A stretch of DNA of 57,028 bases from a virus. Its lineage: Duplodnaviria; Caudoviricetes. Below, piece after piece: positions 1 to 8,300 of this stretch. The stretch is from positions 1 through 57,028 of the IMG/VR virus record IMGVR_UViG_3300034411_000354. One strand, 5' to 3'. The notes beneath the pieces are model-generated. The model made no database searches and had not been told where the DNA came from. It saw only the letters and a program-made list of their open reading frames with translations. How positions within the stretch are numbered: position 1 is the stretch's first letter; each line of letters begins with the position of its first letter. The translations under genes were made by a program, and so were the position numbers.

Positions 1-55
1 TAGAAGCAGAGCCTGATGCATTTGACTCACTTTGAGCAGCGGCTTGTTCTGACGC
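1..55. repeat. 55-nt terminal direct repeat (assembly circularisation overlap with 56974-57028)
   Basis: Positions 1-55 (tagaagcaga...ttctgacgc) are identical to 56974-57028. 55 is a common assembler k-mer size. The overlap lies inside a 126-bp tandem repeat. Confidence 0.95.
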
Positions 56-2545
56 GAGTGCGTCACCGGCACTAGTATTTGCAGCAACAGCCGACAGATT
101 AGCTGCTGACGCTTCTTGACCAGCCGCCGTCTCTGATGCTGATGCCTCGCTCGCATAGTATGTTGCTGCGACTGCTGCCTGGTTACCCGCGAGTGCTTTA
201 ACATCGCGCCGGTATCCGATAACCGGGGCCTCATCCTCATCCAGGTTTGTTCGCAGGTAGAACGGCTGGTTACCAGAGAAATAGTATGGGCCAGCACCAG
301 TACTTAAATTACTACTGGTAAAAGCACCGGTATACTGGCCCTCCATTCCTAGGTTACCAGCGGTGCCTACGGTCTTTGTGTATAAAAGGTTGTTGTCTTT
401 GTCACGGACGCGAACTTCGAGATTATCTTCGAAACTAGCAACTGCAAAATCGTGCAGGTCTGCGTCTGGGATTATGTATTCATCACCCAAGAATTCGTAA
501 GGGACATGAGTCTCCGTTTGTTGGCCCGCTCCATCGCCAATTGCTGACCCCCATACGAGCTCTTCTAGATCGGTTGTCTCGGTCAATTTGCCGGTTTGGG
601 TGTAGCCTCCAGAATTAGCGGTGACATTGTCGCCAATGCGCTCAAACACCTCCATATGACCTACAATCCGCTCAGATGCAGGGTTGACGACCATATGGTC
701 GTAAGTAGCATTTGAACTGTCTTGCTTGTAGACAAGCACGTCACACGTCGCCTTGATAGTAATGTAACCAGTCGTCGAGGCAGTGTCTGGGAAATCTAAG
801 TTGGTGTCTTCGTATATCGTGCCAGCAGTAAGAGTGACGGGAGTAACTCCCGACATAGCGCCGTAGTCGTAAGTGGTTTCCTTTCGGATATATGCCTCAC
901 CGTCAGTCAGAGGATAAATCCTCAGAGTGACTGGGCTACCTCTATCAAGCTTCAAACCGAACCATCGGCCAGCGTGCGCAAGAGAGGCTAGTGTCTGGTT
1001 ATCACTTGTACAGGCGTTGAAGGGTTTACTAGCCGCTATCTTGTCGCCTTTAGCTAAGGTTTGGGTGCTTATAGAGCCGCGATCTATCGTGGTCAGCAAT
1101 GTGCCGTTTTTATAGATCTCAGTTCCATCCTCCTCCACAGCAAAATTATAACTAGCGCCCCGCAAACAGATACGTTCGCTGATCGAGCCTGACGCTTTTA
1201 GTGCGCGCTCCGCGTCTATGGATCTAGCTTTAGCAACAAGTGATGAGCTGCTAGACGCAGAAGAAGAGGCGGCGGCAGCTGTTGCGGAAGACGCTGCTGC
1301 AATTACGTCGGCTGCTGTAGAGGACGCATCTGCATTGGTTAGCAACACGTCTGCATTGGTTAGCAAAACATCCGCATTGGTCGCACCTCTATCAAGCGCA
1401 GTTTGAGCGGCATCGGCTGCGGTTAATAGAACGTCCTGCCCCGTAGCTAGGAGGTCAGCAGCGGTTGCTGCTACGTCCGTGCCCGTAGATATAACGTCGG
1501 CAGCAGTATCTAAAACGTCTTGCGCAGTTTGTGCCCTATCAAGCGCAGTTTGAGCTGCATCCGCTGTCGTCGTAATCACATCGGCTGCGGTTGCTGCTGC
1601 ATCTGTAGCGGCCTGCCCCGCATCCGAGGCAGCGTCTTGCGCGCTCTGTAAAGCTGCAGCTGCTTGAGTGGTTGCAGTACCGGCGTTTGCCGCAGAATCA
1701 ATCACATCCTGTGCGGTCGCCGCTAGGTCTGCAGCTGTATCTACCGCGTCTTGTGCCGTACTCTGCACATCCGCCGCTGTTAATAAAGCGTCTGCTGCTG
1801 CATCGGCAGCACTCTGCGCTGCTGCTGCGGCACTGGCTGCTGCGTTAACGGTAGTTCCGAATATAGTAGTTAGGTCTGCGATACCGGTTTCGGTGTCCGT
1901 AATCCTGGTCGCAAGGGCAGCAGAAAGTTCGGATTCGGTAATAGCGCCTGCGAGTTCATCGAGCAGTATGGAAACATCAGGAGATGTAGTCGCTACCGTG
2001 CCCTGGGTCGCATTGAAGTTACCGTGCTCACCTGTCGTGGACGTGTGCCTAATCCAGTAGTAGAAAGTCTGTCCGCCACCCACGTTGTCTACATAAGTAG
2101 GCCCCGCTGCAATGCCGACAAGAATCGCATCGCCGATAGAGTCCGTATCGTAACGCCAAACTTCAGTCTGACTGTGGCCGTAGTAGTTAGCGACCTCCCA
2201 ACTCAGTAAGACCTTTTGATACCCGCCTGTTGCGGTAAAGCCGACTGGAGTGTCTGGCGTCTCTAATTCGAAAGGAGCTCCGCTGTCTCCACCGACAACG
2301 CCCATCCCGATGTTGCCCGAGTTGATACTATTCGGATCAAACTTGCTTGCTTTGAGCTCTTCTGCGAGCCCGCTGTTAATCAGCTCCCGCAATGTGATAG
2401 CGCGGTCGCGCGGGTCACCACGGCGACCGAGGCGGATCTCGATCGCTTCTACAATACTAGCTAGGTACTTTCTGGTTGCCGGATCAACGGATGCTGGCGG
2501 TTGCCCAATACCAGGGACTTTAGTGGCAGTCTTTTTAGCTGTCAT
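1..2545 (-). CDS. Giant tail fibre/host-specificity protein, N-terminal part (continues across the contig junction into 56973-46403)
   Basis: ATG at 2545 overlaps the TGA of the upstream 577-aa gene (ATGA). Reads MTAKKTATKVPGIGQPP...EIRLGRRGDPRDRA, then an FN3-like segment (TEVWR...FYYWIRH), Ala/Thr/Asp heptads and a globular module. Absent from the ORF track because no stop is reached before position 1. Frame matches the 46403-56224 ORF once the 55-nt overlap is removed. Spot-checked only, not translated codon by codon. Confidence 0.88.
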   Translation of the reverse strand, partial: MTAKKTATKVPGIGQPPASVDPATRKYLASIVEAIEIRLGRRGDPRDRAITLRELINSGLAEELKASKFDPNSINSGNIGMGVVGGDSGAPFELETPDTPVGFTATGGYQKVLLSWEVANYYGHSQTEVWRYDTDSIGDAILVGIAAGPTYVDNVGGGQTFYYWIRHTSTTGEHGNFNATQGTVATTSPDVSILLDELAGAITESELSAALATRITDTETGIADLTTIFGTTVNAAASAAAAAQSAADAAADALLTAADVQSTAQDAVDTAADLAATAQDVIDSAANAGTATTQAAAALQSAQDAASDAGQAATDAAATAADVITTTADAAQTALDRAQTAQDVLDTAADVISTGTDVAATAADLLATGQDVLLTAADAAQTALDRGATNADVLLTNADVLLTNADASSTAADVIAAASSATAAAASSSASSSSSLVAKARSIDAERALKASGSISERICLRGASYNFAVEEDGTEIYKNGTLLTTIDRGSISTQTLAKGDKIAASKPFNACTSDNQTLASLAHAGRWFGLKLDRGSPVTLRIYPLTDGEAYIRKETTYDYGAMSGVTPVTLTAGTIYEDTNLDFPDTASTTGYITIKATCDVLVYKQDSSNATYDHMVVNPASERIVGHMEVFERIGDNVTANSGGYTQTGKLTETTDLEELVWGSAIGDGAGQQTETHVPYEFLGDEYIIPDADLHDFAVASFEDNLEVRVRDKDNNLLYTKTVGTAGNLGMEGQYTGAFTSSNLSTGAGPYYFSGNQPFYLRTNLDEDEAPVIGYRRDVKALAGNQAAVAATYYASEASASETAAGQEASAANLSAVAANTSAGDALASEQAAAQSESNASGSAS

Positions 2546-4275
2546 GCGTTCTTGATCTCATCAATTGATTGAGCGATACAAATAGAGTCTACAAAGCGTC
2601 GGCCCTTTACTTTGAGTTGCCATTCTTTTGCTGTGACTGCCGGAAGTCTGCATATCGGCTCAGCGAGCGACACATTCCCGATTCCGGTCGGAGTGTAAGT
2701 TGTGAGCGTGTAGCCGTTGATGTTAGCGCCGAACCTGACGCTAAGTACTAGAGTGCCGTCGGCATACACCGAGACAATAGCTCCCCCAGTGCCTGACTCA
2801 GTGCTAAAATCCACGCCCACCCAGGACATCGCTACAGGTCTGTCAGCAACGAAAACCTTTGATTTCCACTCGGCCTCTCGGAAGGTTGTGGCATCGCCCT
2901 GAAATTTATGGATCTTGTTTGCGCTGATGTAGTAAAGGCTACCGTCTCTAGGGTCCTGATAACCGCCTTCAATTTCCTGGGAGCCTGTTGAGAGTTTGAT
3001 CAGAGAAGTATCTTCAGAGCGAGGGTCGTATATCCAACCTTCGTTAGCGCCGCTATCGGTGTAAAACGCGACATAAGTCTCTTCGTATTTGAACGCCTTA
3101 ATGCTTCCTGGCGCGAAATTAGCGTTCCACTGTTTAGGTGTGACTAACCCCTCAGTTACCAACTGGGCTTCTCCGCCGCTTACAGCAACTAACCCATCTG
3201 GGCCTGCATACAAAACATATGAGCCCATATCCACAACGCTGTCTTTATTCACACACGCCTGCGCAATATCTAACTTAGAAGCGGACATCGCGCTCGGGTC
3301 TGACCCCGTTACAAAATACGTGGAGTCCGCTGTAAGACACACGAGACCCGCTCCAGTTGTGGCGATCGCTACAATCTCTTCATCCAAAGTAATTCGATAA
3401 GCAATCGGCCAAGCATGCGGTAGGTACGCCTCGCTTATGCACAATCGCTTGCCGCTGAATCCAGCAAACATGCCGTTCGCGAGCGCAGTGATCCCCATCA
3501 AAGGACCGCTGGGGTACAGGGTGCTGTTATCGTCTGGTGGAGCTATCCACGTATCAGACGGCAAAACCTCACCAAGCTCGTGCGATGCCCTCGTATCGGT
3601 GAACTGTGTCGCAGTGAAGTTGACTTCACCAACAAACTGGAATGTGGTGTTCGTAGAGCCAGAGTTAGATCGATAGATCCGCTTCTTGGCACCAGTTGAG
3701 AAATAATAGTTGCCGGACGGTTGGTCTCCCGTCGGCATTGTAATATCTACGTTCTCAGTATCTGTCAGTTCTTGTGCTGCAGTTGGTGGGCTAGGCGGCC
3801 CCTCTTCCCCCAGAGTTGTCACAAACGTATAAACGTACGACACATCATTGGGGGTCTGGGCTTCATCAGCCGTGCCTGTTCTAGCAGCCTGGGGAGGATT
3901 TGGTGGCGCTGGCACACCCAGTCTGTAGCTCACTGCTGGGTAAGTTGTGCCACTAATCATGCTTGCCGCTATACCAACGCGCGGGTAGTCCTCGCCGGTC
4001 CAATAGAGACGGCCTGCCGTGTCATCAGGGATTGGGCCTTCCACGACGCTTACGTTCGCGTCGTCCCACTGAAACCAGTTGTTACTTGAGTCAAGGTAGA
4101 TTGATTTTCGCGACCCGCCAGTGAGTGTCTGAATTTCACTATCACTGTTCAGTAGGCCGACTTGGCCTGATGCAAAGTCAGCATTTTTCGCGTCTACAGC
4201 AAACTGCTCAGCGAGAAGTTTAGAGCTAACCGCCGGGACCATGCCTTTAAACTGCTGAACCTTAAAATACGCCAT
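2542..4275 (-). CDS. Podovirus tail nozzle/stabilisation protein (tail tubular B/P22 gp10-like)
   Basis: 577 aa, beta-rich, YVYTFVT..GEEGPPSP and SEAYLPHAWP motifs. Lies directly upstream of the fibre gene. Confidence 0.7.
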   Translation of the reverse strand: MAYFKVQQFKGMVPAVSSKLLAEQFAVDAKNADFASGQVGLLNSDSEIQTLTGGSRKSIYLDSSNNWFQWDDANVSVVEGPIPDDTAGRLYWTGEDYPRVGIAASMISGTTYPAVSYRLGVPAPPNPPQAARTGTADEAQTPNDVSYVYTFVTTLGEEGPPSPPTAAQELTDTENVDITMPTGDQPSGNYYFSTGAKKRIYRSNSGSTNTTFQFVGEVNFTATQFTDTRASHELGEVLPSDTWIAPPDDNSTLYPSGPLMGITALANGMFAGFSGKRLCISEAYLPHAWPIAYRITLDEEIVAIATTGAGLVCLTADSTYFVTGSDPSAMSASKLDIAQACVNKDSVVDMGSYVLYAGPDGLVAVSGGEAQLVTEGLVTPKQWNANFAPGSIKAFKYEETYVAFYTDSGANEGWIYDPRSEDTSLIKLSTGSQEIEGGYQDPRDGSLYYISANKIHKFQGDATTFREAEWKSKVFVADRPVAMSWVGVDFSTESGTGGAIVSVYADGTLVLSVRFGANINGYTLTTYTPTGIGNVSLAEPICRLPAVTAKEWQLKVKGRRFVDSICIAQSIDEIKNA

Positions 4276-4331
4276 ATGTCAGTGCCCATCTTTCTGGTAT
4301 TATATTAGTAGAAGTATTTTTCTTCCACTGG

Positions 4332-4682
4332 TTAATAGACCCATAGAACCGGCGTGGTCTCGCGTATATCAACGTGGACAAAAGTTTTTGCCACCCCCAC
4401 AGACATTCCCATTGCCAAGGCATGGTTGACGATCGCGCGCCGCTGGGCACCGCCGCTTACTGCTATATCCGCTGCAATCCCCTGGGCATGCGTGCCTGGT
4501 TTTTCTTTCGCTTTTTCGATGCTGTGAAGCTCTGGGTCGCGATAACCTGACGTCACATAGAAGGGGAAGCCGCAAGCCGCCCTGAGCTGGTCTAAGCTAT
4601 GTATGAACTGCTCAGACATGCGGTTGTTCCCACTCTCTTGGCAGTCAAAATCCTCTATCTTGAAGAATTTAAAGTCAGTCAT
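4332..4682 (-). CDS. Endolysin, peptidase M15A family (Zn D-Ala-D-Ala-type)
   Basis: VTSGYR...H..G.AADI...FVHVD motifs. The likely start is ATG 4682 (MTDFKFF), right after the stop of the upstream gene. Confidence 0.85.
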   Translation of the reverse strand: MTDFKFFKIEDFDCQESGNNRMSEQFIHSLDQLRAACGFPFYVTSGYRDPELHSIEKAKEKPGTHAQGIAADIAVSGGAQRRAIVNHALAMGMSVGVAKTFVHVDIRETTPVLWVY

Positions 4683-4683
4683 A

Positions 4684-4965
4684 TCAGTCTCTAAATAAGT
4701 AAGCCACGTAACCGAGAATTGCCGTCCAGAGCGATGCGATGATGGCGGTGCCAATCTTGGCCGTGTTTTGGTTAGTGAGTGCAGTTTCGGCTACTTCCTC
4801 GATCTTCTTTTCGTTCTCATCGAGTCGAAATTCATGCCGCTTCAAACGAGCGTCAGTGCCAATAAGCTTTTCTTCGACACGCGCTACGCTTGCCAACACT
4901 TCAGTCAACTTATCAATCTTCCCTTCAAGACGATCAAACCTGCGGCTAGTCTCTGGATCGGTCAT
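4684..4965 (-). CDS. Coiled-coil protein with C-terminal TM helix (XhlA/holin-like lysis protein)
   Basis: 93 aa coiled coil followed by a hydrophobic IGTAIIASLWTAILGYVAYLF tail. Sits in the lysis cluster. Confidence 0.6.
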   Translation of the reverse strand: MTDPETSRRFDRLEGKIDKLTEVLASVARVEEKLIGTDARLKRHEFRLDENEKKIEEVAETALTNQNTAKIGTAIIASLWTAILGYVAYLFRD

Positions 4966-5342
4966 TTCTTGCGCATCCCCATTAGTTTCGATGCGCCCTT
5001 GATTCCAAAGGAACTAGAGATCGCTATAAAAAGAAGGTACTGATACCACTCAGGAAGATCGTTCAGCGTTGCAAATGCCTGCTGTACGCGCTCTACCACT
5101 GTCATGTCATCGGCAACGATTGCGTAGCCGACCATAAATATTGGTATTGCTAATATTATAGTCCAAAATTCGTCTTTCCACGAGGAGGCAGACGCATCCA
5201 CCATCTTAGATTCCCAATCGGCGTCGTTCTGGATGACATTCATTTTGGCTTGGTGTTTAGCCTGTTTTTCTTCCGCCCTATTGCTCAGGTATGTCTTACC
5301 TAAATCTGCAACGGGGCCAAGGAGTGCTGTAAATATGCTCAT
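4962..5342 (-). CDS. Holin (3-TM type)
   Basis: 126 aa, SWKDEFWT motif, TM helices, LP.WY..L...I..SFG+KG and a basic C-terminus. Adjacent to the endolysin. Confidence 0.7.
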   Translation of the reverse strand: MSIFTALLGPVADLGKTYLSNRAEEKQAKHQAKMNVIQNDADWESKMVDASASSWKDEFWTIILAIPIFMVGYAIVADDMTVVERVQQAFATLNDLPEWYQYLLFIAISSSFGIKGASKLMGMRKK

Positions 5343-8300
5343 AGAATCGCCTTTGCTATCTGTGGACCGAATGCCGCTACACCGGCTGCAGCCCCTACGG
5401 CTCCGGCTGGTTGCGTTATCCTGTCAGTGATGGGTGTGTCGAAGCGCGGGAAGTCGCCGATGATCTTTTCGATAGACTCAGCCGTCGGGCCAAGTAATGT
5501 CGCGATACCAGAGTTGCCCCATTGTTGGGATCTTTGTGCCGAGTAAAGCAATGAGATGGGGCCATTGAGCCCTGCCCTATCCCAGATCTCAGTCATGTAT
5601 GTGCCCCAGTCCATACGGTCAGACCTGAGATACTTGGTACTGCCGTCAATACCAGGTATTGCATAGCTCAGAGCTACCTTTGCGTACTCTCGTAGCTCAA
5701 GTCCTAGTGCTGCAAGCGGGAGGAATGCAGCCGCTGTTAGCAACATAACGGGCACCAGCGCTGTAATCAGGTTGCGGTCCTCAGCGAGCCTGGTCATGAA
5801 CTCGCGCTCTAGCCCACCTAAGATCGTTTTGTTAAACGAATAGAGGAACGACTTAAGCTGCCAGATCAAAGCGAACCGAGGGTCACTCGCCCATATAGGT
5901 CGCTCAGCTGCGTTGGGCCGGAGTACTGAACTCTCGACAAAGCGGACAAGCGCTTCTTTAACTAACTTCCCCTCTTTTGTTTCTAAGTCGAAGCCGCTCG
6001 CCTCCCAGGCTTTTACCTGTTCAGCTGTCACGCCTAACTGTTTTAGATACCGCTCAGACCGCTTGCCTGGGTGATTTGCGTGCTCCAAGAGAAACTGTCG
6101 CCCCATACCAGATGCGAACTGGCGAGATAACGTGGTCAGGAAATCAAGGCCGATATACTTAAAGTACTTCTCTGTAGCTTCGCGGACTGTTGGATCTAGC
6201 AATTCACCATCCGCTTGCGACATCCAAGCCGTTGCAGCTGCTTCTGACATCGTCACGCCGATGTCGTTAGCTAGTCGTTCGGCTTCAGCCTTGTCTTTGA
6301 TCATTGACATGACTTGCTTGCCGAACATATTAAAACCATTGAACTCGCGGGTGTTCACAACGGCACCCGCAAAGTCGGGAATGGACGCAAAGAACGCGAA
6401 CGGCAGAATCGTCACAGTCTGCACAAGCTGCGCGTAGCTATTCATCTTGCGCCAGAAAGGCTCCATTGGAGTGATGTTGCCCAGGTACGCATTGGTAATA
6501 GACAGAAGGATCTCTTTCTCACGAGAGTTCAGCTTGGCCATTGCGTCTTCTAACTTGCTAGACCCGTCTTCGCGCTTAGTGTGTCTGTTCCACTCGACAC
6601 GCTTGGTGACCCTGTCAATGTAGGACAACAGGGCTACCTCGGGCGGTAGTACATAACCTAGCTGGCGAAGTCTGTTCGGAGGTATAGCAGCAGTAAGTTT
6701 TAGTCCTGACTCAGCAGTTCGAGCTGGCTCGAAAACATCTTCGGGCTTAATGTCTATTTCGCCTTCATCGTCGAGTATGGCTTCTTGGTATGCCTCTAGA
6801 CGCTTCAGTGATTGCCTAACCTTTTTCTCGTTAGCCTCTGGCTCCATTCGCAATATTTCTTGGATCAGGGGCTCTGGGTTCGCGGTTACTTCTGCCAGGT
6901 CGAGTATTCTGGGGTAGTAGTTCTTTACGAACTTAATGTTGGTATTAGACTGCGAGATGTAGTCGGCGTGTATGCGTTCGAGGAACTTACGTAGCTCCTG
7001 AGCCTTTGGTGTAAGGCCTGATGTATTCCTGCCAGACTCGGCCTCAGCAAGAATTCGCTGAGTTACCTCGTTATCCCAATCGGTGCCGATGATATCGAAG
7101 AGTTCTGCACGCATCTTATCCCGAGCAAGCTGTCGCGCCTTAACAAACCCTAACCCTGCCTTTGTGTTCGATGGCATGTAGAACATGTCTGCGATCGTAT
7201 CTGTGGGATCTATGAGACGTAGTACGGTGTCCGCGCTCAAGACAAACTTCAGCGACTCCATCAATGATGGATGCTTACGCGCAAAGTTCTTACCCAATCC
7301 CCTAAAGAACCGAGCCCACTTCGCAGCAGCCTGTTTAGTACCAACGATCGTATCGATCTCTTCACGGACAGCCTGCGCAGTAGCTTTCTGCTCGAAGGGG
7401 ACTTCTGCAGGTATGTTCAGGTCAATCGACCCAAGCGCTGTGCGGTAAGTGACTTTCCCATCGGCGGTCCGAACAGCCCCGGTGGGCAGCTCAACATTTA
7501 CTGCTTGCTGGCGCTGGGTCACCTCGTCCATATACTCGGAGAAGGACTCATCAACTTTGCCTGTGCGGCGAACAATCGGGTGGTTTCTCAGCGCCTTATA
7601 AAGCTTTCGGAACTCGCCGACTAGCTTTCTGAAGTGCGCATCAATAATACCTCGGCTCTTTCTTTTGGACTTGGCGGACTGCTCCATAGAAGCCTTAGTC
7701 CAGGCAGCTACCTGGTCGGCATACCACTCTTCAAACCCAACTTCGTTCCACTGCTTGACGGGCTGGCCTTCATCATTGGCTTTCTTACGATCCGCCTCAA
7801 ATGCTTTCCACATGCGCCCGTAGAGAGCCTTGTTTGTCAGCAACGCATCGATATCCTGGCGATACAATGCATGCCCAAACTCATGGGCCAAAACCATAGC
7901 TAGTCCAGCCTGGTTCTTGTTATGGAGATCATCAATGGTGATGATCGATCCACCTTTGTAGGCTTTGTGGGAGCCGCGACGAGTGTTGTTAGCAGGCAAT
8001 GACTGTCTAAGGTGATTGCCTACCTCTCTCGCCACTTTAAGATCTGTGGTGAAAGGCTTCACTACAGTGAAGGCACTGCCCATTACGATGTCTTCGCCAA
8101 TGGCGGCTGCGTCTGTCTGTGTTGCTACCCAGTCCGCAGCTCGCTTACTTAGTATCTTGCTAGAGGCTAAACTCTGAACCCAGGCACCAACAGCTGCGGT
8201 ATCACCCAAATCCAGAGTCTTCAGCTGCAGCAAGGCTTTTGCACCAGAACCGCTAGTCTTCCTCAGTACCAGACTGCGCATATCTTTTCGGAGAGCTGCG

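Noticed and set aside
927-2555. Plus-strand ORFs (927-1115, 1218-1406, 1668-2060, 2024-2209, 2250-2555) and similar antisense ORFs genome-wide
   Set aside because: They are shadows of long genes on the opposite strand, with no RBS and compositions mirroring the real frame.
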